Positions 8,538 to 16,860 of a stretch of 22,681 bases of DNA are shown here, piece by piece (position 1 is the stretch's first letter; each line of letters begins with the position of its first letter). The DNA is from a bacterium. GTDB lineage: Bacteria; Electryoneota; Electryoneia; Electryoneales; Electryoneaceae. The stretch is from assembly GCA_043801585.1 (NCBI GenBank), contig JAZDLX010000186.1:1-22681 (forward strand). Reading direction: 5' to 3'. A program made the position numbers and the translations under genes. The notes beneath the pieces were generated by a model. It searched no databases and had not been told where the DNA came from. It saw nothing but the letters and a program-made list of their open reading frames with translations.

Positions 8538-9152
8538 TTACCAGGAACCGAACCGGAACGTGACACCGGCCATTGTGCCCGAGGCATCCTCCGCGGTTAT
8601 CCCGAATCCACTAAAATCCCGCACGGAACGATAACCGACCGACGCGGAAACCCTCATCCAGCGAGTGACGTTCAATTCAGCACGGAGCATCGGTTGCACA
8701 AACCAGAATGATTCGGTGTCTTCGTTCGTCCAATTGTCGTGATCGCTGTCGCCGGGATGAGTGGAATTCGCAACCGTTCCGCCGCCGATCATCACGTCAC
8801 CGACGATGTACACGAGATCATCATTGCGAACGATGAGACCGAGCATCGCTCCGCCGTACCCCATCTGCAATTTTGGGGTGCCGTCGTATCCTTCGATCAG
8901 CGGACCATCATGATTGGAGGCAAGTCCGTATCCCCCACCACCGATGTACAGCGTGCGGTTGATCACCCACGCTCCGGTGCCACCGACTATCAGTGCATCT
9001 TCACCGTTAAAGGTGGTCCAGAGCACCTCGGGTCCTCCGAAACCTCCGGATGAAAACTCACCGGATTTCAACAGCGTCTGTTCACCCGCCTGTGCCGTTA
9101 CGGCAACCGCCAGGCATCCAGCCGCCACCATCCAGAACATTTTGCGAAACAT
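8538..9152 (-). CDS. Outer-membrane beta-barrel hypothetical protein (paralog 1)
   Basis: Signal peptide ending AQA; GGFGGP, YIGGGGYGL, MGYGG, ELNVTRW; C-terminal RFGSW. Confidence 0.8.
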   Translation of the reverse strand: MFRKMFWMVAAGCLAVAVTAQAGEQTLLKSGEFSSGGFGGPEVLWTTFNGEDALIVGGTGAWVINRTLYIGGGGYGLASNHDGPLIEGYDGTPKLQMGYGGAMLGLIVRNDDLVYIVGDVMIGGGTVANSTHPGDSDHDNWTNEDTESFWFVQPMLRAELNVTRWMRVSASVGYRSVRDFSGFGITAEDASGTMAGVTFRFGSW

Positions 9153-9223
9153 GATCTTTCCCCTTATTGCAGACTGTCCGGCTTCTGTCTGAAACGCACT
9201 GTCAGTGTTTTCACATTTATTAA

Positions 9224-9240
9224 AGCGAAATCTGTGCCAA
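9224..9240 (-). promoter_or_regulatory. Putative sigma54 (-24/-12) promoter
   Basis: TTGGCACAGATTTCGCT, exact GG-N10-GC spacing, about 70 nt above the ATG at 9152. Confidence 0.7.
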
Positions 9241-9337
9241 TCAAAAACGGTTTCACAATAGACTTCGTAAGACTTTGCATATATGATGTTTACAAGGAAT
9301 AATCCAAATCAAAACTGGCGAAAGGAATCGCTCAACC

Positions 9338-9376
9338 TGTCGGCCTTTTCCAACAGGGTGTCGCAGCCATTCCACA
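9338..9376. promoter_or_regulatory. Two tandem TGT-N12-ACA sites, candidate enhancer-binding-protein upstream activating sequences (UAS)
   Basis: TGTCGGCCTTTTCCAACA (9338-9355) and TGTCGCAGCCATTCCACA (9359-9376), 21-bp period, about 100-135 bp above the sigma54 motif. Confidence 0.5.
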
Positions 9377-9472
9377 GAGAACCTGGTCCATCGGAGGCGT
9401 CTTCGAAGGAGAGGGAGCAATGCAGGTCACGCATGAATCCCCTACCTTTGCTTCCCTCGGAGAGGAATTCAG

Positions 9473-10345
9473 ATGTCACAGAAAACCCGCGCCATGATCT
9501 GCATGCTCGCATCCTCCATCAGCTTTGCGCTGATGGCTGTCATGGTGCGGCTGGCCGGAAACGTCCCCGTTGTGGAAAAGGTGTTCGTCCGCAACATCGT
9601 TGCCCTGCTGATCGCGGCAGTCATCGCATTCCGGCAACATGCACCTCTGCTTGGATCACGGAAGAGTCTTCCTCTGCTGCTCGGACGCTCGGCGTTTGGC
9701 GTACTCGGGGTGATGGCGTACTTCTACTCGATAGACCGCATGACACTGGCGGATGCCAGTATGCTCAACCGTCTTTCTCCATTCTTCTTACTGTTGATCG
9801 GCGCCTGGGTGCTGCGTGAACGGTTGACACGCGTGCAGGTGCCGGGGATGATCCTCGTCTTCGCCGCAAGCCTGATGGTGATCAAACCGCGCTTTGATCC
9901 GGAGGTGATCCCGGCGCTGATCGGAACTGCGGGAGCACTGTTCGCGGGAGGCGCCTATGCGATGGTGCGCCTGCTTCGGACCCGCGAACAACCGGCGACA
10001 ATCGTCTTTTTCTTCGCGGCGTTCACAGCGCTGGTGATGCTGCCATTCGTTCTGGCACATCCTTATATGCCAACAACGACAGAATGGTGGGGCCTGGTGG
10101 GAGTGGGTGTGTTTGCGGCTGGCGGTCAGTTCGGGCTGACCCTTGCCTACAAGTACGAACAGGCAAGCGAGGTCTCCATCTACACCTATTCGCAGATCCT
10201 GTTCAGCGCCATTCTCGGATTCGCGCTGTTCAGCGAAGTGCCCGATCTGCTCAGCACAACTGGCGGAATACTGATTATTGTGATCTCAGGTTTTGTCTTT
10301 CTTTACAACAGGCAGCACCGGGTGATTCATCCTCAGAATCGATAG
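9473..10345 (+). CDS. DMT/EamA-family transporter
   Basis: GAGAGG RBS; about 10 hydrophobic helices; two EamA halves (LLLGRSAFG, LSPFF..LRERL, AYKYEQASEVS..YSQILFS..FSEVPD). Confidence 0.92.
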   Translation: MSQKTRAMICMLASSISFALMAVMVRLAGNVPVVEKVFVRNIVALLIAAVIAFRQHAPLLGSRKSLPLLLGRSAFGVLGVMAYFYSIDRMTLADASMLNRLSPFFLLLIGAWVLRERLTRVQVPGMILVFAASLMVIKPRFDPEVIPALIGTAGALFAGGAYAMVRLLRTREQPATIVFFFAAFTALVMLPFVLAHPYMPTTTEWWGLVGVGVFAAGGQFGLTLAYKYEQASEVSIYTYSQILFSAILGFALFSEVPDLLSTTGGILIIVISGFVFLYNRQHRVIHPQNR

Positions 10346-10938
10346 CCGAGCAGGAAACCGCCACGGAGGATGGGGTCACGGCCACGGGGAAGATCGCCGT
10401 GGGTGAGTTCGATTTCTCCGCCGCCAAAGACACCCGCCTGAAAGCCGAGAGGCAGCCGCACGCGGAACGTGCCAAAGAGTCCCCCCATCGCCGCCCACCC
10501 CGACCCCCGGGTCACAATCAATTCATCCGGAGGAACATATCCCGGCCACCGTTCCCAGTCGAGCCATTCGACCGTCAGCCGGGTCTCGATACCCGTCGTC
10601 AACACGAAGGGCACGTGCAGATTGCTCGCGAGAGATACTCCCGTCGCGAACGACGGATGGCCGTAAAGTTCTGGTCCGTCGATCACATCGGAGAAAGGTC
10701 TGCTGCCATCGGAGTTCCAGCCACTCGGCCGGGGAACGGCGAGTGCTCCGAACTGAACGTCAGCCCATCCCTTTCCAACCTCGGCAACCATCCTGCGCAG
10801 ATGAACCGCCGTCTGCCACCCTTCCGATCCGCTCCGCTCTACTTCCACGACCCAAAGACCCTTCGCCAGGAGGGGATGTCCGCTCAGTAAAAGAAGGAGC
10901 AAAGCCGGGATGAAACGGTAATTCAAGGTCAGACTCAT
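10333..10938 (-). CDS. Hypothetical exported, possibly outer-membrane, protein
   Basis: GAGAGG RBS; signal-like ALLLLLLSGHPLLA; C-terminal GGFLLGYRF; 13-nt convergent overlap with the EamA gene. Confidence 0.6.
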   Translation of the reverse strand: MSLTLNYRFIPALLLLLLSGHPLLAKGLWVVEVERSGSEGWQTAVHLRRMVAEVGKGWADVQFGALAVPRPSGWNSDGSRPFSDVIDGPELYGHPSFATGVSLASNLHVPFVLTTGIETRLTVEWLDWERWPGYVPPDELIVTRGSGWAAMGGLFGTFRVRLPLGFQAGVFGGGEIELTHGDLPRGRDPILRGGFLLGYRF

Positions 10939-11106
10939 AACCCTCTCGCCACAGGTGACCAGGACAAATTATCTTCAACGGAATGTAGCGTTCGTTTTTC
11001 GCTGTGCGGTGACGGAAATAGTGTAGACATACTGCGATTTCCGTCAGTTCTCCACTGCGCGGATAATCCAACGAATCGGAAAAGGTAACAGATTCATGTT
11101 TAACGA

Positions 11107-11187
11107 CTGGGTGGCCCGGGATGTGGACCGCAGGTCCATTTCCCGGGTTTCATCGCTTTCGCGGGAGCACAACCCGGACCACCCCAG
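11107..11187. repeat. REP-doublet-like (REPIN-like) palindromic element
   Basis: GTGG-CCCGGGA..TCCCGGG on + (11111-11147) and GTGG-TCCGGGTT..AACCCGG on -, sharing the central CCCGGG; outer arms 11107-11125 and 11168-11187 are near-complementary. Confidence 0.5.
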
Positions 11188-11261
11188 CGGATGGAAATCC
11201 GACACAGCAGAATAATCCCGTCAGGTCTCCGCTTCGCTAACGACCTGACGGAACAAATAAC

Positions 11262-11288
11262 GGAAAAGCCACCCAAAGGAGGTGGCTT
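11262..11288 (-). terminator. Putative intrinsic terminator after sdhB
   Basis: AAGCCACC-N7-GGTGGCTT stem ending in a short T-run on the - strand, 30 nt after the sdhB stop. Confidence 0.55.
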
Positions 11289-11318
11289 GGTTGAATGTAA
11301 AAAATTTGACCTGAACGG

Positions 11319-12020
11319 CTACATCCGCTCCTCGATGACCCGGCGCTGGAGCTTGCTGATCGCCTCGGTCGGATTTAAATCTTTCGGGCAGGCTGTGAAG
11401 CAGTTCGTGATCTTGTGGCAGCGCCACAGGCCGTGCTTGTTGTCCAGCACCTCGACACGTTCCTGGAACCCGTGATCGCGAGTGTCGAAGGTGTAACGGA
11501 ACGCCTTGAGCAGCGACGCCGGGCCGAGGTACTCGCCGTCCGTCCAGAAACTCGGGCAGGAGCTGGTGCACGCCGCGCAAAGGATGCAGGCGATGGAGTT
11601 GCCCATCAGGTGGAACTCCTCCGGCGTCTGGATCCGTTCGGTGCTCGGCGGCGGCTGGTCGTTGATCAGCCACGGTTTGACCCGTTTCAGCGCCTCGTAG
11701 AAGGGGTCCATGTTGACCGCGAGATCCTTGTAGATCTCGAAACCGGGCAGCGGATCGACTGTGATCGTGCCCCTGAGCGCCGTCAACTGCTTTTCGCAGG
11801 CCAGGTCGTTGAGGCCGTTGATCATCACCGCGCAGGAGCCGCAGATGCCGTGACGGCAGGAGCGCCGATAGGCCAGCGTCCCGTCAACCTCCCACTTGAT
11901 CGCGTTCAGGGCGTCGAGCACCGTCCACGTGGGCTGCACCTCGATCTCGTAGTTCTGGTAGTAGGGCTTGCTGTCCACGTCCGGATTGAACCGGAAGATT
12001 TTGAATTTGCGAACCGCCAT
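11319..12020 (-). CDS. sdhB: Succinate dehydrogenase iron-sulfur subunit
   Basis: SCRHGICGSC (2Fe-2S), CILCAACTSSCP (4Fe-4S), CHKITNCFTACP (3Fe-4S); start moved to ATG 12020 with GGGGAG RBS. Confidence 0.95.
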   Translation of the reverse strand: MAVRKFKIFRFNPDVDSKPYYQNYEIEVQPTWTVLDALNAIKWEVDGTLAYRRSCRHGICGSCAVMINGLNDLACEKQLTALRGTITVDPLPGFEIYKDLAVNMDPFYEALKRVKPWLINDQPPPSTERIQTPEEFHLMGNSIACILCAACTSSCPSFWTDGEYLGPASLLKAFRYTFDTRDHGFQERVEVLDNKHGLWRCHKITNCFTACPKDLNPTEAISKLQRRVIEERM

Positions 12021-12100
12021 GGGATCGTTCTCCCCAGCTTTTGAATCCACATATATCAATGAATCAGCAAAATAAAGCCCGTTATTCAATTCAAATCAAT

Positions 12101-12739
12101 TCATCTTATATTTTTAAGTCTTTTAATTTCTTTCTTTATTTCATCTACAACTTCTAAGTTCATAATCACTTTTTTATCGCCAGCTTTTCCAGAAAATATA
12201 TAATATACATTACCGCCATACTTCTCTTTAAATTTTTCATGTGTATTTCTCTGTATTTCATGCTCTTTAAATATTTGAGGTATTTGTATTCCTTTTGAAA
12301 TTGGTTTTATTTGTATACCAATATATAAAGATTTAATTTTTATGTAAAAATCGACATTAAACAATCTATCCCATTCATCTGGAGCTGCCTCTATTTTTTC
12401 TCCAACTAGATCCTCTAGTTGTCCATAGATCGTTCTGATTTCTCTTATATATCCATCATAAGTTCTATTAATTACAATTTCATACATATAATTTACACAG
12501 TCCTCCTCGGTGATAGATTCCATTTCATTCACTAATACTTCCGTAATTTTAACATATAATTTTCTTCCTAACATTTCTATATGATCTTTGCTTCTAACTT
12601 TATTAAAATAATATTCTTCCCAATCTTTCAGATTTTTAGGCGCGCATTTTCTTATTTCTTCTGAAGTAGGACCAACATTTCGCTTAAAATTTAGCTGGAA
12701 CCTGTTCATAGCACTGTTTAAAAGCCACTCTTTAGCCAT
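12101..12739 (-). CDS. MjaI-family type II restriction endonuclease
   Basis: GGAGG RBS before ATG 12739; NVGPTSEEIRKC, WEEYY, LGRKLYVKITEV, RTYDGY..E, PDEWDRLFNVDFYI..IGIQIKP (PD-(D/E)xK-like); overlaps the MTase stop by 8 nt. Confidence 0.8.
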   Translation of the reverse strand: MAKEWLLNSAMNRFQLNFKRNVGPTSEEIRKCAPKNLKDWEEYYFNKVRSKDHIEMLGRKLYVKITEVLVNEMESITEEDCVNYMYEIVINRTYDGYIREIRTIYGQLEDLVGEKIEAAPDEWDRLFNVDFYIKIKSLYIGIQIKPISKGIQIPQIFKEHEIQRNTHEKFKEKYGGNVYYIFSGKAGDKKVIMNLEVVDEIKKEIKRLKNIR

Positions 12740-14024
12740 TGATGTCCTCCTGGAGTGACAAAAACTTATCCTTTTTATCATAAGAAATATTTTCTTCAAC
12801 TGAGGCCCCAGCATACTTAACAAGGTGTGCATTAATGAACGTTTTGTTCTCCAAATATACATAAGCACATAAAATTCCGTTATCATCGTATTTGTAACTA
12901 GTATCAAACTTTAGCGACACCTTTTTTCCTAATACATTATTTTTTAAGTACTCTATTACTTTATCTTTATTAATAAATAACTTAATTCCAATCATTTTAA
13001 TTTCAAGGTTACTATTCAAAATAAGATTGCTTTCTGATATAATATTTGTAACTTTATAATATTCTAAACGGCTCTTTGGTGATTTATTATTGATTTTTGA
13101 CCCGAAATATAACTTATTAGGGTCTATCTTTTTGTCCATCTTAATGTAGTCGACAAACCGATAGTTATCATTTTCAGTGTCTCTTCCCTCAAATGATGAA
13201 CCTTTCAAATATTCTACTGTGTTTGAAAATAAACTTCCTACTTCGCTATCTATACGATTTATTATTATTTTCTTATAGTTTTCGTTGATTTCGAATCCTA
13301 ACGAGGACCTCCCAAGTTTCATAGCAGCTATCGTAGTAGTACCACTTCCTAAAAATGGGTCACAGACAGTCTCGCTTTTAAAAGAAAACATACGTATAAG
13401 TCGATGTGGAAGCTCGATCGGAAAAGATGCAATATGATCAATCTGTTTTGATCCAGCAAAATTCCAGTGACCGCTGAAGAGTTCATTCCATTCTTCAGTA
13501 GTTAATCGCGAATCTTTTTTTTGTTGTTCACTAGGCTTAGGTCCTTTTCCAGGTTTCTTAAACAAAAGAATAAATTCATAATCTATCTTTAAAATACCGT
13601 TTCTAGGATATGGAAAAGATCCCATAATTGTGGCGCCTCCAGTAGTATTTGTTGTTGTCACTTTTTGCCATATAATAGCTCCCATATAATCAAAACCTAT
13701 TGACTCACAATATTTAATGATTTCTGTTCTGATTGGAATCACCTTATATCTACCATAGTAAATTGATCTTGCAAATTGATCACCAATATTAATACAAAGT
13801 CTGCATCCATCATGAAGTATCCTGTAACTTTCATTCCAAACGTGGTTAAGATTATTAATATATTCTTCATAGGTGTCATTAAACCCGATCTGATCATCGT
13901 GCTCATAGTCCTTTAGCTGCCAATATGGTGGTGACGTAACTATGAGGTGTACGGAGCTATCCTCAGCTTCGCCCATGTTGCGAGAGTCACCAAAGACGAT
14001 TTTATGAGTAGTATCTTTCACCAT
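12732..14024 (-). CDS. Site-specific N4-cytosine/N6-adenine DNA methyltransferase (beta class) with C-terminal thermonuclease(SNase)-like domain
   Basis: VTSPPYW (motif IV) precedes DPFLGSGTT (motif I); HIASFPIELPHRLI; C-terminal about 105 aa with KKVSLKFD..ILCAYVYLENKTFINAHLVK. Confidence 0.9.
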   Translation of the reverse strand: MVKDTTHKIVFGDSRNMGEAEDSSVHLIVTSPPYWQLKDYEHDDQIGFNDTYEEYINNLNHVWNESYRILHDGCRLCINIGDQFARSIYYGRYKVIPIRTEIIKYCESIGFDYMGAIIWQKVTTTNTTGGATIMGSFPYPRNGILKIDYEFILLFKKPGKGPKPSEQQKKDSRLTTEEWNELFSGHWNFAGSKQIDHIASFPIELPHRLIRMFSFKSETVCDPFLGSGTTTIAAMKLGRSSLGFEINENYKKIIINRIDSEVGSLFSNTVEYLKGSSFEGRDTENDNYRFVDYIKMDKKIDPNKLYFGSKINNKSPKSRLEYYKVTNIISESNLILNSNLEIKMIGIKLFINKDKVIEYLKNNVLGKKVSLKFDTSYKYDDNGILCAYVYLENKTFINAHLVKYAGASVEENISYDKKDKFLSLQEDING

Positions 14025-14202
14025 CAGATTTGAACCTAGTCTCTACCGACAAGAAATCAGAAACCTAACTATTGAATCTCCGCTTATTTTCGTCAAAGTA
14101 ATCGGAATTCAAACTGTTACAGCTAACCCGCTCAATAAATTCAAGGGTCATTTCCTAGATTAATCAAAATAAGTACGAAGTTTATTCGTTGTACTCCATA
14201 TA

Positions 14203-15954
14203 TCAGTATTTCCTCTCCTGCGGCTCGAAGCCGGGGTGCGTCACACCCTTCAGCACGACATCCTTCTCGAAAGTCGTCTTCCACTTCTCGTTCTTGCGCC
14301 AGGCGAGGGTGTGCTTCAGGAATTTCTTGTCGTCCCGTTTCGGAAAGTCCTTGCGGAAATGGCCGCCCCGGGACTCCTTGCGGTTCAGCGCTCCCTCAAC
14401 AATCGCCCCGGCGAACTCGAGCATGTGTCCGAGCTCAATCGCCTCGAGCAGGTCCATGTTGAAACGGTCGCCTTTGTCGTCGATCCGGATGTTCTTGAAC
14501 CGCTCCTCGAACCCCTCGATCCTCGCCTTCTCGGCGGCGAGTTGTTCCTTCGTCCGGAACACACCTGTATCCTTCATCATCGACGTCTGCAACTCACCGC
14601 GGATCCTGCCAACCTTCTCCTTGCCGTCAACCTTCTTGATCCGTTCAACCTCCTCGCGGGCGGCGTCCTCATAATTCGCCGGGAGGTTCGGGTAGTCCAG
14701 ATGCGGCAGGTCTTCCACGATCTGCTTGCCGGAACGGCGGCCAAAGAGAAGCGCCTCGAGCAGGCTGTTGGTGCCGAGCCTGTTGGCGCCGTGGACGCTG
14801 ATGCAGGAGCATTCGCCGGCGGCGTAGAAACCAACGGTTTCGGTGCGGTTGGCGTCCATCGTCACCCGGGTGTTCGCGTTCGCCGGGATGCCACCCATGC
14901 TGTAGTGAGCGGTCGGCTGGATCGGAATCGGTTCGCGCCGTGGATCGACACCGGCGAAGTTCATCGCCAGCTCGGTGATCTGCGGCAGCCGTTCCATCAG
15001 CTTCGCCTCGCCCAAGTGCGAAACGTCGAGATGGATGTAGTCCTGTCCGCCGATGCCGCGACCTTCATCGATCTCCGTCTGCATCGCCCGGGCAACCATG
15101 TCACGAGGCGCGAGTTCCATCAGCGTCGGCGCATAATCCTCCATGAACCGGCGACCCTCACCGTTCACCAGGTGGCCGCCCTCGCCGCGAGCGCCCTCGG
15201 TGACAAGGATGCCGCTCTTGTAGAGGCCGGTCGGATGGAACTGGACGAACTCCATGTCCTGCAATGGAAGTCCGGCCCGGCTGACCAGCGCGAGGCCGTC
15301 TCCGGTGTTGGCGTGGGCATTCGAGGTGATGTTGAAGGCGCGTCCGTAACCGCCCGAACCGAACATCACCGCGCGGCCGTAGAAGGTGTGCAGGCCGCCG
15401 TTGACCATGTCCCAGGCGACCACTCCCATCGCCCGGCCCTTCTCGAAGATCAGGCTCAACGCCTGGAATTCGCTGTAGAAATGGACGCCATGCTTGAGGC
15501 ATTGCTCGTGCAGGGTATGCAGTAGAACATGGCCAGTGTAGTCGGCGCTGTAGCAAGCGCGGAGAGCCGGCTCTTTGCCGAATTCAAGAGTGTGTCCGCC
15601 GAATTTACGCTGGGCGATCTTCCCCTCTTCCGTCCTGCTGAAGGGGCAGCCCCAGTGCTCCATCTCGATTACCGTTTCGGGTGCCTCGCGAACCATCATT
15701 TCGATGGCGTCCTGGTCACCGAGGTAATCCGAACCCTTGACCGTGTCGAACATGTGGAATTCCCAACGGTCGGCCCGGGAGCCTTTCTCGTTGGCGAGGC
15801 TTGCGGCGATTCCACCCTGGGCGGCGCCTGAGTGGCTGCGGCTGGGATAAACCTTTGAAAGGACCGCCACATCCGCGACCTGACCGATTTCGACCGCGGC
15901 ACGCGACCCCGCAAGGCCCGCTCCGACGATGATGACGTCATGCCGATGTATCAT
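14203..15954 (-). CDS. sdhA: Succinate dehydrogenase flavoprotein subunit
   Basis: [19 protein letters not shown] (covalent FAD His), [48 protein letters not shown] before ATG 15954. Confidence 0.96.
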   Translation of the reverse strand: MIHRHDVIIVGAGLAGSRAAVEIGQVADVAVLSKVYPSRSHSGAAQGGIAASLANEKGSRADRWEFHMFDTVKGSDYLGDQDAIEMMVREAPETVIEMEHWGCPFSRTEEGKIAQRKFGGHTLEFGKEPALRACYSADYTGHVLLHTLHEQCLKHGVHFYSEFQALSLIFEKGRAMGVVAWDMVNGGLHTFYGRAVMFGSGGYGRAFNITSNAHANTGDGLALVSRAGLPLQDMEFVQFHPTGLYKSGILVTEGARGEGGHLVNGEGRRFMEDYAPTLMELAPRDMVARAMQTEIDEGRGIGGQDYIHLDVSHLGEAKLMERLPQITELAMNFAGVDPRREPIPIQPTAHYSMGGIPANANTRVTMDANRTETVGFYAAGECSCISVHGANRLGTNSLLEALLFGRRSGKQIVEDLPHLDYPNLPANYEDAAREEVERIKKVDGKEKVGRIRGELQTSMMKDTGVFRTKEQLAAEKARIEGFEERFKNIRIDDKGDRFNMDLLEAIELGHMLEFAGAIVEGALNRKESRGGHFRKDFPKRDDKKFLKHTLAWRKNEKWKTTFEKDVVLKGVTHPGFEPQERKY

Positions 15955-15968
15955 GGTCAACGCTCCCC

Positions 15969-16334
15969 TTATACCGGTTGAAACGTCACAACCGTGGCGA
16001 TGCCGGTGATCAGCAGGATCACGGCAATGGTCCATGTCAGGGAGACGAGGGTCACCCTGAGGACCGGCCGGTGGACGTAGTCGTGGATGTTCAGAATCAC
16101 CCCGGTCACCGCGTGAAACAGCACGGCGGCGAGGAATGTCAGGTCAATCGTCTTCCACAGCGGCGTGACGAGGCGTTCGGATACGCCCTCGAAGGTCACC
16201 TGCCCGTTGTTCAGGAAGTGCAGGAACATATAGTGGAGGAAGAGCGCGATGATGAGGACAAGGCCGGAGATCCGCTGCCAGATCCACGCCTCCGCACCTC
16301 CCGATCCGGTGCCGAACTGCTTGAGCAGCTTCAT
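15969..16334 (-). CDS. sdhD: Succinate dehydrogenase membrane anchor subunit
   Basis: [20 protein letters not shown], three TM helices; AAGGAG RBS; operon position. Confidence 0.88.
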   Translation of the reverse strand: MKLLKQFGTGSGGAEAWIWQRISGLVLIIALFLHYMFLHFLNNGQVTFEGVSERLVTPLWKTIDLTFLAAVLFHAVTGVILNIHDYVHRPVLRVTLVSLTWTIAVILLITGIATVVTFQPV

Positions 16335-16349
16335 CGGAAACTCCTTGCG

Positions 16350-16760
16350 TCAAAACGGGAAGAATGGCACGCCCATGTGCATATCATGGACGGCGTGGGT
16401 TACCATGATCGAGCCACCCCAGAACCAGACCGCGGCTCCCAGGACACCGAGAACGTAAAAAAGAGCGACGTGCTTTTCGGTGGCACCGAAGAAATCGATG
16501 GCGATCAGACGGATGCCGTTCAGCGCGTGATAGATCACGCAGAACAGCAGGCCGATCTCAAGGAATCGGAACAACGGAGCGCTGACCACGGCCATCGTGG
16601 CCTCGAACGTCTCCGGACCGAGCTGGAGCGACGAGACGACCCAGATGTGCAGAATGATGTAGAAGACCAGCGCGAGGCCGGTAATCCTGTGCAGCATCCA
16701 GGCCGCCATCCCCGTCTGCCAGCGGTAATGAGTAAAACCGCGGGTACGAAGCGATGGCAT
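16350..16760 (-). CDS. sdhC: Succinate dehydrogenase cytochrome b subunit
   Basis: GMAAWMLHRITG, YHALNGIRLIAID; GGAGG RBS before ATG 16760. Confidence 0.9.
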   Translation of the reverse strand: MPSLRTRGFTHYRWQTGMAAWMLHRITGLALVFYIILHIWVVSSLQLGPETFEATMAVVSAPLFRFLEIGLLFCVIYHALNGIRLIAIDFFGATEKHVALFYVLGVLGAAVWFWGGSIMVTHAVHDMHMGVPFFPF

Positions 16761-16860
16761 GCCATCCTCCAAGGATTGGTGTTGCCTTAAGGAGGTGCGG
16801 ATTCATGCGGCCACAAGGGTACGTCAGTGCATCCCTGGCCATGTCCGCCAAGACGTGACA

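Larger units (their letters stand above)
12050..14205. mobile_element. AT-rich restriction-modification insert between sdhA and sdhB, flanked by direct repeat CATATATCA
   Basis: Sharp composition change at both ends; CATATATCA at 12050-12058 and 14197-14205; no transposase or integrase inside. Confidence 0.7.

Noticed and set aside
10084..10890. 268-aa + strand ORF
   Set aside because: Overlaps the EamA gene out of frame and is antisense to the better-supported 10333-10938 gene.
11107..11187. Hammerhead ribozyme or SRP RNA call
   Set aside because: Lacks CUGANGA, a proper stem II and the UH cleavage site; lacks the SRP CAGG..GGAAGG..AGCAG motif.
12021..12089. N-terminal extensions in the ORF track (sdhB from 12089; also REase 12907, sdhA 16035, mccB 4628, LVIVD 6127, tnaA 19336, MBL 19469)
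   Set aside because: Downstream starts match family N-termini and mostly have clear RBS motifs; the longer versions overlap neighbouring genes, promoters or the inserted DNA.
12101..12739. Assigning CTAG (MjaI) specificity to the endonuclease
   Set aside because: Family membership does not fix specificity, and CTAG scarcity is common in bacteria regardless; needs methylome data.
14236..15525. 429-aa + strand ORF (likewise 11415-12044, 15978-16790, 18492-19241)
   Set aside because: Antisense shadows of sdhA, sdhB, sdhCD and tnaA.
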